Shown: piece after piece, positions 8,605-18,856 of the stretch
Layout of the letters: each line of letters begins with the position of its first letter
Numbering within the stretch: the stretch's first letter is position 1
DNA from: a virus
Taxonomy: Duplodnaviria; Caudoviricetes
Length of the DNA stretch: 63,912 bases
Strand: one strand, 5' to 3'
IMG/VR virus record: IMGVR_UViG_3300037484_000502
Coordinates: 1 to 63,912 of that record
Program-made: the position numbers and the translations under genes
Notes under the pieces: generated by a model
What the model saw: the letters and a program-made list of their open reading frames with translations, nothing else
Told to the model about the DNA's origin: nothing
The model's database searches: none

Positions 8605-9015
8605 TCACTTCACTTTGGAGAGGGGAACCGGGCGGAAGTAGAGATCTCGCTCAACCAGGGGCAGTCCCTTCCGGTTTGCGCTCTCAAGCTCATCGAGGGA
8701 AATGTAGCCCAGCTCTCCCTCACCGTGACCCAGATCGGACCAACCAAACATGGTGTCCTGTCCATCGAACTCTGTGACGTACCAGGTTGCACCCGAGTAC
8801 GGAGAGAAGAACTTGACCACGACCATCGGGTCCGGATTCTTTTCCTGCGAATAGAGCTTGGGAAGTTTTGATCGGATCGCCGCTGGCATGAGCTGGTGCT
8901 TGCGTACCCTATCAAGTGGGGACGCCGCGCTCTTTACCAGCAGGGGCAACAGATGGGTTCGTAGCTCGGGGTTCTCGTGAGCGAGTCGAATTACTTTGGA
9001 ACGAAGATCGGCCAT
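8605..9015 (-). CDS. tagged DUF2958-like protein
   Basis: VVKFFSP..GATWYVTE..MFG..DLG.GE.ELGYISLDEL..VERDLYF; start at MADLRSKV. Confidence 0.8.
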   Translation of the reverse strand: MADLRSKVIRLAHENPELRTHLLPLLVKSAASPLDRVRKHQLMPAAIRSKLPKLYSQEKNPDPMVVVKFFSPYSGATWYVTEFDGQDTMFGWSDLGHGEGELGYISLDELESANRKGLPLVERDLYFRPVPLSKVK

Positions 9016-9038
9016 ACCTTCGAACAGAAATAAAGGGG

Positions 9039-9254
9039 TTAGCGGCGGCTCGCAACTCGCCTTGTAATGGGCCACTCGGAGGAGGCCTTCCGGGCTTCGA
9101 TACTCAGCTCTTTGGCTTCTGTAATAGCCTTTCTCACAGTGGAGGCAAATCCTTCCACGGATGGCTGTAGGGCATAGAGATAACCCATGAGTTCCCCGTC
9201 AATCCGTGCAGCTTCATCCGATTCACGACGAGTTCTCTTAGGCTTGGTTGACAT
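9039..9254 (-). CDS. hypothetical protein
   Basis: AGGAG SD; 71 aa. Confidence 0.55.
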   Translation of the reverse strand: MSTKPKRTRRESDEAARIDGELMGYLYALQPSVEGFASTVRKAITEAKELSIEARKASSEWPITRRVASRR

Positions 9255-9256
9255 TG

Positions 9257-9619
9257 TCAGCTCCTATGGTTCCGAAGTTCATCCCTGAGATCCTTAATCG
9301 TGGATTTGGTTTCCAACATCGTTTCTCTGATGGCCTCAACGGCTGCCGTGGCTGCTGCTACCGCCATCGTACTTTGCTTGGATACCTCAAGCAGGGTTGC
9401 CTGCATCTTTGTGTGATCCAAGATTCGTGCCTCTTGGATAGTGTTCTCTCCTGCCACACGTAAGTCCTGGAGACTGGCAATCCTAGCAAGAAGAGATGTT
9501 CTCTCAGCGTTCCCAGCCTTCCACAGAGCCCAAATCACCACTGCAAAAACAATGGTGTTGATCCCAAGAACGCCATATTGGAGGAGAGGATTGAAAGCGG
9601 TCTTCAGGATGTTGTCCAT
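9257..9619 (-). CDS. single-TM plus coiled-coil protein, holin-like
   Basis: LLQYGVLGINTIVFAVVIWALW hydrophobic helix then coiled coil. Confidence 0.5.
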   Translation of the reverse strand: MDNILKTAFNPLLQYGVLGINTIVFAVVIWALWKAGNAERTSLLARIASLQDLRVAGENTIQEARILDHTKMQATLLEVSKQSTMAVAAATAAVEAIRETMLETKSTIKDLRDELRNHRS

Positions 9620-9653
9620 AGGTATGGGAGGCTATAGGAAATCAACCCTTACG

Positions 9654-9998
9654 TTACGGAAAGAAAGAGCCTAATCCCATACAATGTGGGCATGGGATGC
9701 ACACATCACATCCATGCTGGAGTCCCAAAATGGGAATAGTAATCGTCTGAGGAAGTGTGACCGTAAATGGGGTCACACTGATTTCACAATTTCTCGTGAC
9801 TGACACCTTGCAATTCGGGCAACCCGCAGTATCGCCCTGCATGCCACAACTGAGGCATCGTCCATCGGGGCCACACGCCCCAGGCATAGGATGATTGGGG
9901 AGACTGGTGGTGTATCCCCCAGGTAAGGAATGGACAGGTAGATTGGTGGTGTATTTCATGTCCGGGGAATGGACAGGTAGGTTGGTGGTGTATTTCAT
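9654..9998 (-). CDS. Cys-rich hypothetical protein with N-terminal tandem duplication
   Basis: MKYTTNLPVHS twice (39-bp period, 9927-10001); several CxxC. Confidence 0.55.
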   Translation of the reverse strand: MKYTTNLPVHSPDMKYTTNLPVHSLPGGYTTSLPNHPMPGACGPDGRCLSCGMQGDTAGCPNCKVSVTRNCEISVTPFTVTLPQTITIPILGLQHGCDVCIPCPHCMGLGSFFP

Positions 9999-10897
9999 GT
10001 CTGGATACCTCCATTTGCAAACTCAATGCCGAAGTCCTCTTGGAGCTTTTCCCGATTGAGCTTGAACCCACCGTTATACACCACGTAGCGTGCGCCCATC
10101 ACGAAAAGGAGTCTGGCGGCAAGGGCAGCGGGCAGCAATGTGAACGTTCCGAATCCAAGGGAGTTCATAAGAAAGCCGATGACGGATCCTGGCAAGCTAA
10201 CCAGGAGATCCGCCAAAGAGAGGTGCCCCGTGGCAGCACTGAGAAGCGCTCTCATATCCCACTCGAACTCGACGACATTCACCCATATGAAAATGTAGAC
10301 TGAGACCATGAGCATCTTGCTCATGGTCGGGAGAGACTCCCTGAGCCAGAGGTCAAACTGGTCAATCCTTGGTTTGACGTTCTCCCGAAGGAACCTCTCA
10401 AATCGGGGGGAAGACTTGACGAGCTTCTCTAGGAGCTTGTTGATGCTCAGAAGCCCCGCCTCAGGAAGGGAATAGAGCTTCAGTGGCCATGTACGGAAGG
10501 CATGGGTAAATGCCCTCTTGAGCACTTGGAAGCCCTCACGAGCAAGTTCCTTGATGCGGCCTGGGAGATCACCCAATCCCTCGACACCGAGCAGCTCTTT
10601 GAGCTTACCCCAGAGCTGAGGAAACCGCTTCACAGAGAAAACAACTTGCTTGAACTTGTGGAGCAAGCCCGTGAAGGACGCCTCTCGTGGGAGCCCCTCA
10701 TCTGGGATCAGTACACCCTCTGCCATCGCAACGAGAATGCGTTCTAGATCCAGTCCGGAGGCCATCTTGATGCCAGAAGCACTCTGACAGGCCTCGTGTG
10801 CGGCCCTGAGGATTTCATGGCGGGCAGCAACCCGGACAGCCGAGTACCTGGCTAGGACGCGACTCACCATTGCGGCATGATGAGCCCGGCGGATCAT
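9995..10897 (-). CDS. membrane-associated hypothetical protein
   Basis: C-terminal hydrophobic segments; N-terminal RVLARY/RVAARH motifs. Confidence 0.7.
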   Translation of the reverse strand: MIRRAHHAAMVSRVLARYSAVRVAARHEILRAAHEACQSASGIKMASGLDLERILVAMAEGVLIPDEGLPREASFTGLLHKFKQVVFSVKRFPQLWGKLKELLGVEGLGDLPGRIKELAREGFQVLKRAFTHAFRTWPLKLYSLPEAGLLSINKLLEKLVKSSPRFERFLRENVKPRIDQFDLWLRESLPTMSKMLMVSVYIFIWVNVVEFEWDMRALLSAATGHLSLADLLVSLPGSVIGFLMNSLGFGTFTLLPAALAARLLFVMGARYVVYNGGFKLNREKLQEDFGIEFANGGIQT

Positions 10898-13800
10898 GGG
10901 ATGATCTCAATACCTACCAAACCATGGCAGGTAGCTGTAGCGGCTGTAGCCACAACGTTCTGCCAATCCAGATCCTTGGCAGTGGCATTGTCCCGAAGTC
11001 TGACTTGCACGAGGACTGGGCACTTGTTCTCCCCGTTCAAGAAGAGTGGAGCTAGCGCACCAAGATTGACTTCTACCTGGGCGCATTGAATCTGGCTGGA
11101 GGGGTCCGTGATGTCGAACGTGTTGGGGCCCAAGACAAGACAACCCGCACCATCCACAGCCACATCCTGCTTGGATGGTCCAGCGCCATCCGTGCGACCT
11201 ACATCCATCCAGGTTGTGAGACCTGGAACCTTGGCGAGAAGGGCCAGGCCCACGCCACCAGGGGTCGGACCCACGTAGGCAAAGTCCGCGAGGGAAACAC
11301 CCCAGAACTTCAAGATGACAGACTGCTCACCTACGTTCGCAGCCCCCGCATCGAACGCACGTACGAAATACCTCTCTCCTGCACATGCGGAGTAGTCAGC
11401 ACCCGCTGGTGTGTATCCGCCAGCAGCATAGTTATCCTTCGGATAGATGCAGATGCCTCTTGATGGGAAGGGGGCATCCAACCCATCCGTGTACGGCGGA
11501 TTTCGTTCCGGGAGACCAGCTACCTGGGCTTCTGTCGCGACAGCCGGAACACCAGTAAGGGCCAATAGTTGATATGCCCCGAAGTAGTACCCAAGGTAGT
11601 CAGGATCCCCGAGGATAGGGCGGACCGGGACTGAAACTGCGGCCAGACCACCAGGCAAACCAGGACCAATCAGTTGAGCTGCATCCGCAGGGATCGTTGT
11701 AGCCAGAGGCTCCCAGGTCACGGGATACCGGTAGATTTCGTCAAGGAATAGCTCTTCCCGGTCCTTCGTTGTGTTTTGTATGTAGTTCACAACGTTGGTT
11801 GGGTTACCATAGTTGGGCTTGGTGAATCCAGTGTGCTCGAACATCGAGTGAAAAAGGATGCGCGCACCGCCTGCCTCCACTGCTGTAAGACCTGTTGCCG
11901 GAAGTGCAGGGAGTGGGTAACCCGTAGTGATGTCTGTGTTTAAGGGTCGACGGACGAATACCCGGACCTTGGCGTTCTCCGAAAACGCAGGTGTTGCAGT
12001 ATCCCCAGTAAAACCAATCCAGTCAAATGCACCGCCCCCAACCCACAAGACAGTAGCAGCACTTGCCACAGCGGGATTAGTCAACCCACCGAAAAGATCA
12101 GCGAATCCAAATTCGATCCTTTGGCGCTTGACCTTCCCAAGAGAACCTAGGAAAAGTTGTGGGCTAGCAAAAATCCCGATGTCAATCCCACCCACTTCTG
12201 GGCTCTCTGTTCCCTCATAGGAGAACGGGGAAAGGGAAATGAATACCGGGCACTGATTGAGTGCGTCCCCACGATCATCTCCGAAGAGTGGGCCCGCCGA
12301 CGGAACCGCATCGTGAGTCCGATAGCTTGAGTTGAAGACGTTGGTAATGGACAGGTCCAACCCTGTGATGCGGGCAGTTTGAAGCCCTGTAACCGCGTTA
12401 AGGGGCTTGTAGTAGGAGATGCCTGATACCCACGTTACGTCCGCAGCTGTGAACGTGAACGTGTTGTTGGGGCCAACCATCGCGGGTACAGCCGTCCCCG
12501 TGGGGTCTTCACTGACCTCAGAAACATTGACTGGATATGCTGGGGAAGTAGCGGGAGCCGGGAGAGTCAGGTCAATCAGATTGTCGATCTGAGCCGCGCC
12601 ACTCCACGACACCATGTTGACTGAGTAGAGCTTCGCTGCCGTTGGGACAATGCCGTCTCGGACATACTCCTCAAAGTACTGTTCCTTGCGGAAGTGCACG
12701 AGTGCATAACTACCATCTCGGCGAAGGGCTCCAGGCGCTCCTACAGCAAGAACAAATCGGTGCCGGTAGCGGGCAAGTTGAATCGCCCAGTAGTCAGTTG
12801 TGAAGTCGTCGTAGTTCCCAGCCTTGCCCAAGGCACCGGCTGGTGGGATGCCCACGAAATATCGGGTGGTCTCGTCGTCTGGCAGTAGAGGCGTGTAGCT
12901 CAGAGTCGCGTAGTCCGAAAGGTACGGAAGTCGGTAGGCAAAGAAATTGCTGGCCGTACCACCACCAGTCGCCGCTGCGGTGGCACCCAAGATGGGCATA
13001 CCCCCCGCGACTGTTCCCGGGGAGAACGAAACCGCAGTTGGATCCGTCAGCAACCGGACTTGCCCAGCAGTGGGGTCGGCCGCTGGCGGAGGTCCAAACG
13101 TTCGGGAGATACCGGTGTGGATCTCGTCCAGGTCATACTGACCCGCAGCCTGACCCGGGAAATCGTATGGGGTGGGCGAACCCACCGTGAAAATCCCACC
13201 CACTGTTCCGTCGCATCCACCAACGCCAGTTACGATGCCCTTGCCCAGCAGAACCGCTGCCACACAGACATTCTGAATGTCTGCTACAGAAGCTACCGCA
13301 ACAGGGGGCGTCATGAACCCCGCGTCCCACTTGACGAGCGCAAGAACACCACGGTCAGCCGGAGATACAATTCCGGAGACAATGACTTCGGAAGTCGTGC
13401 CGGGAATGATCCTCCAAGACGGGAACCCATCCGCTGCACCACCACCCATGGAGACCGTGGTAAATCCAGCGTGAGCCTCTCCTGGCCCACCTCCCGAATA
13501 CAGCCCATTCACAACGTTGAACACAGGATCAGTCGCGATATCTGTGCCCGTGCCCGTCTTCGAGAGAGGAGCCCTCCAGTAGTAGGGGTAGACCTCTGGG
13601 GCAGTGTTGCCAGACGTGAACGTGAGCGCCCCATCCCAGAGCTTGAGAATGCCCCAGTCAGGTACCCCCGTGTTGATCGCACCCAGCCATGGAACACCAG
13701 CCGAACCCACACCACCAGGTGACGGGGGAACCAACGCCGCCAGCTCTTCCAGGGCCCCCTCAACCTGTCCGGCGAGGTACCTGTCGAAGATGTCCTGGAT

Positions 13801-13959
13801 GGAGATCGCGGAGGCCGCGTGCGCCCCCTGAGGGTCCAGGACGTGCGCATCGAGCGCGACCCCCGTATCCCCAGAGGTAACGGAGGAAGCACTCACGGAA
13901 CCAGGAACAGCGGATCCTGCGCCCGTAACAATCAGAGATGGGTCTAGTGTACGAGGCAC
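10894..13959 (-). CDS. virion structural protein (tail/baseplate associated)
   Basis: 1021 aa G/A/T/P-rich; AH.ASAIS..VEGALEEL motif typical of phage tail proteins; in operon with baseplate genes. Confidence 0.7.
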   Translation of the reverse strand: MPRTLDPSLIVTGAGSAVPGSVSASSVTSGDTGVALDAHVLDPQGAHAASAISIQDIFDRYLAGQVEGALEELAALVPPSPGGVGSAGVPWLGAINTGVPDWGILKLWDGALTFTSGNTAPEVYPYYWRAPLSKTGTGTDIATDPVFNVVNGLYSGGGPGEAHAGFTTVSMGGGAADGFPSWRIIPGTTSEVIVSGIVSPADRGVLALVKWDAGFMTPPVAVASVADIQNVCVAAVLLGKGIVTGVGGCDGTVGGIFTVGSPTPYDFPGQAAGQYDLDEIHTGISRTFGPPPAADPTAGQVRLLTDPTAVSFSPGTVAGGMPILGATAAATGGGTASNFFAYRLPYLSDYATLSYTPLLPDDETTRYFVGIPPAGALGKAGNYDDFTTDYWAIQLARYRHRFVLAVGAPGALRRDGSYALVHFRKEQYFEEYVRDGIVPTAAKLYSVNMVSWSGAAQIDNLIDLTLPAPATSPAYPVNVSEVSEDPTGTAVPAMVGPNNTFTFTAADVTWVSGISYYKPLNAVTGLQTARITGLDLSITNVFNSSYRTHDAVPSAGPLFGDDRGDALNQCPVFISLSPFSYEGTESPEVGGIDIGIFASPQLFLGSLGKVKRQRIEFGFADLFGGLTNPAVASAATVLWVGGGAFDWIGFTGDTATPAFSENAKVRVFVRRPLNTDITTGYPLPALPATGLTAVEAGGARILFHSMFEHTGFTKPNYGNPTNVVNYIQNTTKDREELFLDEIYRYPVTWEPLATTIPADAAQLIGPGLPGGLAAVSVPVRPILGDPDYLGYYFGAYQLLALTGVPAVATEAQVAGLPERNPPYTDGLDAPFPSRGICIYPKDNYAAGGYTPAGADYSACAGERYFVRAFDAGAANVGEQSVILKFWGVSLADFAYVGPTPGGVGLALLAKVPGLTTWMDVGRTDGAGPSKQDVAVDGAGCLVLGPNTFDITDPSSQIQCAQVEVNLGALAPLFLNGENKCPVLVQVRLRDNATAKDLDWQNVVATAATATCHGLVGIEIIP

Positions 13960-13962
13960 GGA

Positions 13963-16900
13963 TTAGGCTCCGACTGTCAGAAGAAGGTTACGCGTTCGGT
14001 ACAAGGCCGCCGCCGTGCGGATCGCTGGAAGGTCCGTGAACGCAATCTTGTTGTCTTGGTCCAGGTCCGCAAAGCGAGACACCACCATCAGTAGCAGCTC
14101 ACCCCTACGAAAGAGAAGCGTGTCCTGCGTTGTCCGCACCAACATCGGCTGCCACACCTTGTGTCGAGTCGGTCCGAAGAGAGGCTGCGTCATAGCTGTA
14201 GGCTTGTAGCCGCCAGGGTTCGCCATGTCGTAGTAGGCACGGAACTCAGGATCCTTGATGGGCCCACGGCCACCCACAGCATATCCCAATTGAATTGGGT
14301 TCGTGCCGTCCACTTGAACGAACGAGTGCAGACTGAGGATGCCCGTTGCGGCCGAAAAGTCCGAAATTGAAACCTCAGCCATCGCCGAGAAGTACCACTC
14401 ACGAGGCACAGCAGCCGGTGGGTTTCCAGTAGCAATGGCTATCTGGTCCAGAGGGGATTCGTAAGGGAATCCCAACTCTGTGGAGCCCTTGCCGGTCTGG
14501 CCCGTCCACACCTCTGATGAGATAGCTACGGGCTCCACGGTCAGTTCCGTTGGCAGCAAGGTAGCAGGGAGTGCCCCCGCCTGTGTTCCCGCAGTTTGTG
14601 GGGCGTTCGTTCGGTAGTAGACCGCAGTCTGGTAGCCTACGGCGCCCGCGTTGGGAACAGGGTCTTGTGGGTAGTAGTCAACCTGAACGAGGGTTTGACT
14701 CACAACAGCGTGATTGAAGATGATCTTCCGTTCGGAACTCCCATAAGTCGTACCCGCAGCAGTTGCTGCGCCATCTGCCACAAGGGAGTCCGCAAAGAAT
14801 CTTCGGGGGAGGTAGCAGGTGTTGACGCCGGATGCAGAGACCACGAAATCGGTAACTATCACACCAGCTGGAGCCGACTTCTGCTCCAGCTTGACTTCAC
14901 GGTAACCTGCACGGAATTTGGGATTTGGGACCCAAGCGGCAAGCATTTCAGGCGGGCGCTGGGCAGGTGCACTCTCGATGATGGGGCCACCCACATACCC
15001 ATTGTAGCCAGAAGCTGGGTCTGGTACTGCGTCCATGTCTGGAGTCTGGGTCAGACCGAAACCCGTTGGGTACGTGATCTCCAACTCGATGAAAATACGG
15101 CGAGTACTACCCAAGTCAACTGCTGGGTCATCCACCACAGGATGGTCCGCAACCACCGGTCCTAGAACCGCAGGGGCATTGACTTGACTTGCGTTGCCAT
15201 CCAAAGTGATTTCAATCAGATTGGTGCCAATACCAACAATGGTTGTGAGTTGGACATGCTGATCAATGGGTACAGCATTGTGTCCATCATCATGGAACAC
15301 CGAGAGAACATCTGTGACTCTGGTGCCCGCTGGCCATACAGCACCCACATTGGTCAAACCAGCTCCGGTGGTCCAATCCTGTAGAGCGTTTGGATCCAGA
15401 GTGTCAAAATCTATGGAGATAAGGTCTCCCTCACACCAACTGTTCACACTGGCTCCAGCCTTCACCACGGTGATTCCCGGAGGAAGAGCACCGGCGGGGG
15501 TCACTTGGAATACCATGCTTTCAACCACACTCTGCGAACCAAACCGACGAGCTACGTGGTCGTAGTTACGGATCACGTTCCCACGAAGAGTTGCGCCAGA
15601 GGCTGGGGCAACACCACCGGAGGCGGCGGTGCGACCAATCTCATCGCAAAACAGGGGATAGGTGGACTGATCGCCAGAGCCATTTCCAATCGTGGCCCAG
15701 TCGGATCCATCCACCTGCCAAGTAGCAGTCTTCTTGTCGAACAGACTCTGTAGTTGGTACTTGAGTTCGGAGCCAAAGTCGTAGCCCGGTGGCGTGACAT
15801 GCCGACGAAGGTCTAGGATGTCAGTTGAGGCAATGATGTCCGCAAATAGACCGTCTGGACGGTCTGAGTTTCCGGCGAGAATCAGGTACGGTCCCGCAGG
15901 ATTGAGATTGGTGTTGTTGAAGTTTATGTGGGCCACCAGGAGGCCGCTATTGGCGGTTGCTGCCGGGTTGAATCCCCCAGTAGCCGTGGCATCCGCCCGG
16001 CGGAAGGCAAAGCAGATGGGTATCGCGTACGCAAATCCATCCACTGTCCCAAGAGCAATGGCCGAAGCCTGGGTGCCGTTCCCTGCGATGTACAGGCCAT
16101 TGTCCTGAATTCCGTACAGGGTTGCATCAGAGTTTGCAGAGATAGTTGTGTTGTTTGCGCGGACAAAGGGATAAGCCGCAACTGGGGCCGCCTGCGCCCC
16201 CTGAGCTAGGATCACATTCTCGAAGCCATCGGGCTGCGTCTTGGGATTGACTCCGCCAGGGGGTGCTGCCGATGTGATTCGGATACGGTACTGGATCTGA
16301 ACTCGTTGCGCGGTCTCGATGTTCAGGACAGGGTCTACAAGCTCGTCTGCTAGGGCCACAGCCAGTGGGCTGTCCACATTGCCATGGCGGTAGATGGTAT
16401 TCTGAGAAGGCTTGTTTGGACGGTCTGCGCCACCCAGTAGAGTCGCAGCCGATAGGAGAATGGACCCGGGGATGGCTTCAACGAAGGCGAGTGTAATGCC
16501 ATTTCCAAGGACACCGCCAAAGGTCGCCGTGATGGTGACCAGGTTCGAACCACTCGTGTTGGCCGCAACGTAGAGAGGATAGAGCCCGTTGGCTGGGTTG
16601 TTGATCGCCGTAGCAAGATTGGTTGCTGTTGCGGCACCTGAGATACCTATTGCGAATCCAGTTGGGCCACCACCGTTCGCCGTGAAGGTGACTGTGGGTC
16701 CGCCTACGGGAATCGCATTGATCGTAACGGTGTCGCCTGCGGAGATTGCAAAGACAGGGTCTACGATCTCCACCGTGCCAATAGCCCGTGGACTTGGTGC
16801 AACCAGTGTCCGCCAGACCTCAAGGAAAACGAAGTCTGTACGCTTGATGTCTGGAGCTACACCCGGAGAGACCTCAGGCACAGGGAGGGTAATCTCGTTC

Positions 16901-17256
16901 GTACCGGGGGTCACCGTGTTCGAGTACTCAACGACGACGGGCATCCCCGCAACAAACGCCGTGAGCTTCGTGAGGTTGAACAGGTTCTCGTTGCCCGCAA
17001 CCGCCGCTGGGAACGTGTAGTCTGAGAACGAGTTGCTACTGGACTGGCCACGGATGAATCCCGATGGAAGCGTGTGCCCCGCAAGCAACAACCTTGCGTA
17101 CTCCGCCGCCCCCTGAGTGAGCTGGAGTTCAGAGTCCAAAACAGCCCGGCCGCTTTGAAAGATGACCGAGTCGAACGAGTACTCGCCAGCCGGAATGTCC
17201 CGGGAAACCGTTGTCGGGTAGGCCGGGTCATCATAGTATCTGCGGGAGATTGGCAT
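13963..17256 (-). CDS. virion structural protein (baseplate/tail-fibre anchor-like)
   Basis: N-terminal SVIFQSGRAVLDSELQ and RTDFVFLEVW motifs of myovirus baseplate/fibre proteins. Confidence 0.7.
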   Translation of the reverse strand: MPISRRYYDDPAYPTTVSRDIPAGEYSFDSVIFQSGRAVLDSELQLTQGAAEYARLLLAGHTLPSGFIRGQSSSNSFSDYTFPAAVAGNENLFNLTKLTAFVAGMPVVVEYSNTVTPGTNEITLPVPEVSPGVAPDIKRTDFVFLEVWRTLVAPSPRAIGTVEIVDPVFAISAGDTVTINAIPVGGPTVTFTANGGGPTGFAIGISGAATATNLATAINNPANGLYPLYVAANTSGSNLVTITATFGGVLGNGITLAFVEAIPGSILLSAATLLGGADRPNKPSQNTIYRHGNVDSPLAVALADELVDPVLNIETAQRVQIQYRIRITSAAPPGGVNPKTQPDGFENVILAQGAQAAPVAAYPFVRANNTTISANSDATLYGIQDNGLYIAGNGTQASAIALGTVDGFAYAIPICFAFRRADATATGGFNPAATANSGLLVAHINFNNTNLNPAGPYLILAGNSDRPDGLFADIIASTDILDLRRHVTPPGYDFGSELKYQLQSLFDKKTATWQVDGSDWATIGNGSGDQSTYPLFCDEIGRTAASGGVAPASGATLRGNVIRNYDHVARRFGSQSVVESMVFQVTPAGALPPGITVVKAGASVNSWCEGDLISIDFDTLDPNALQDWTTGAGLTNVGAVWPAGTRVTDVLSVFHDDGHNAVPIDQHVQLTTIVGIGTNLIEITLDGNASQVNAPAVLGPVVADHPVVDDPAVDLGSTRRIFIELEITYPTGFGLTQTPDMDAVPDPASGYNGYVGGPIIESAPAQRPPEMLAAWVPNPKFRAGYREVKLEQKSAPAGVIVTDFVVSASGVNTCYLPRRFFADSLVADGAATAAGTTYGSSERKIIFNHAVVSQTLVQVDYYPQDPVPNAGAVGYQTAVYYRTNAPQTAGTQAGALPATLLPTELTVEPVAISSEVWTGQTGKGSTELGFPYESPLDQIAIATGNPPAAVPREWYFSAMAEVSISDFSAATGILSLHSFVQVDGTNPIQLGYAVGGRGPIKDPEFRAYYDMANPGGYKPTAMTQPLFGPTRHKVWQPMLVRTTQDTLLFRRGELLLMVVSRFADLDQDNKIAFTDLPAIRTAAALYRTRNLLLTVGA

Positions 17257-17277
17257 CAGGTTAGCTCAGAGTCGCTA

Positions 17278-17934
17278 TCAGTGAGTAAGGCGCCAAGTTA
17301 GCGTGAGTATTGACAAATTCGGCTTTGAAATGGCGCCAAACGTAAGCGCGTTCGCCTGGATGTCCCATAGAGTTAAATCAATCGTAGTGTCGTATGCAGG
17401 GAACACCGAAGGGACTGGATTGAGAACCAGAGGGTTCATTGAGATCGTCCTAAGGAGGCACATCTCATTCAGGGCACCCACGGCCTCCGCCTCGCCGAAG
17501 ATCGTTGTGTAATCCACAATGTTTGTGGGTACTGCGGACACGGCACCCAAAGACGTACGGAACGTCACACTAGAAAATGGCTTACGGGCAATCTCAGCAT
17601 TGAGGTGTCTCTGACGGGCGTCTGCAACGTCAGGATTAAGCACGGGCCCAGTGGCCCCAGTGCCCACTGCAAGCATCGTAATGCCTGAGGTCATTGTGGC
17701 ACCTGCGGCAAAACACATGGCTGCCAAAATTCCGCCGTCCCGCGTGATGAGGTTTTCCTTCTCTTCGTAGTGAAGGACTTCCCCAGTGCGGGAGTCACGG
17801 AGATCAATGATGAACTTGCCATTTGGGCCCTGGGCTACATCCTCGTAGCGCGCAGCTAGACCCATCTTGAAACCCTGCTTTGGCCTACCCATCGAATCAT
17901 TGTGTCTCACAGAGTTGCTCCCGGTAACCACCAT
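17278..17934 (-). CDS. baseplate wedge / tail-fibre N-terminal-like protein
   Basis: ENLIT..G, MLAVGTG, LNAEIARK, EAVGALNEMCL, LTWRL pattern. Confidence 0.7.
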   Translation of the reverse strand: MVVTGSNSVRHNDSMGRPKQGFKMGLAARYEDVAQGPNGKFIIDLRDSRTGEVLHYEEKENLITRDGGILAAMCFAAGATMTSGITMLAVGTGATGPVLNPDVADARQRHLNAEIARKPFSSVTFRTSLGAVSAVPTNIVDYTTIFGEAEAVGALNEMCLLRTISMNPLVLNPVPSVFPAYDTTIDLTLWDIQANALTFGAISKPNLSILTLTWRLTH

Positions 17935-18050
17935 ACGTCTCAGTGAGAGCGCACAGGTGCCTCATGGGGTGTGATTCCATAGGCCACGTAACGCTGGGAA
18001 GGCGTAAGAGACATGCCCGGAATCCAGGCATTCCGAAGAGGAGATCCCGC

Positions 18051-18347
18051 ATGGACCTTGATCAAAAAATGTTACGGCGTCAGATATTGATCAATGCTGG
18101 CTATATCGAAGCACATATTGATGGCCTTGATAAGGGCCACTATCAGTTGAAGCTGGATGATGTGCCTTCCATTATTAGTGGGTCAGCGGTTTTAGAAGTC
18201 GCCATTTCGAATAGGGAATCCGGCTCTCCCCAGTATATGACCCACATTTGTGAGAACGGTGAGGACGGGATCTCCCTCTGCGACAAACCCGTAAGAAATG
18301 AAGATTGGATATTGCTGAGGGCCATGAGCGAGCGGATAGGTGACTGA
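18051..18347 (+). CDS. hypothetical protein (opposite-strand insert)
   Basis: GAGGAG SD before ATG 18051; GGCGTAAG at 18001. Confidence 0.6.
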   Translation: MDLDQKMLRRQILINAGYIEAHIDGLDKGHYQLKLDDVPSIISGSAVLEVAISNRESGSPQYMTHICENGEDGISLCDKPVRNEDWILLRAMSERIGD

Positions 18348-18847
18348 TGCAATCATACATTTTTAAACTTCGTCAGCTTTGGAGGCTCCATAAAGCTACC
18401 CAAAAGGGGAGGAGATTCCTCCAGACACGGGACAATGACCCCCGATCATTCCGGGATGAGATTCGGTCCACAGGTCTGAGTTCGTCCGACTACAGGCAAG
18501 ATGAAGAAGGGGGTGCGGGACAGTCCCGGCGTCTTTGGGTGGAGGATACAACCCAAATACTCCTAGATACATTTAGCTATGAGGAAGCCAGCCAGTTCGA
18601 GTCCGTAATGCCGAAGAACATTTCTTCGGAGGAAACTCCGGGTATGGCACGACTACGAGCCCAACTTGGTATCCTGCGCCCGCTCAAGAACCAGAAACTA
18701 GATGGGGTGCTTTTCTTTCCTATGGCCCTTTGCAGTGGTTTTCTTTTCACTGCGAGTATTGTACATTCGTGTCCTGTTGCCAACGTACTCGCAACAGGTG
18801 CAACATGCCTTCCGGTCTGGTTAGCTCTGTGGATTCGTTCCAGTTGA
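18347..18847 (+). CDS. hypothetical membrane protein (two C-terminal TM segments)
   Basis: TGATG overlap; hydrophobic C-terminus. Confidence 0.6.
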   Translation: MQSYIFKLRQLWRLHKATQKGRRFLQTRDNDPRSFRDEIRSTGLSSSDYRQDEEGGAGQSRRLWVEDTTQILLDTFSYEEASQFESVMPKNISSEETPGMARLRAQLGILRPLKNQKLDGVLFFPMALCSGFLFTASIVHSCPVANVLATGATCLPVWLALWIRSS

Positions 18848-18856
18848 CCTGAGTCC

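Noticed and set aside
9912-9920. GTATCCCCC matching the start of the CRISPR repeat
   Set aside because: Only 9 nt, inside a CDS, no hairpin follows
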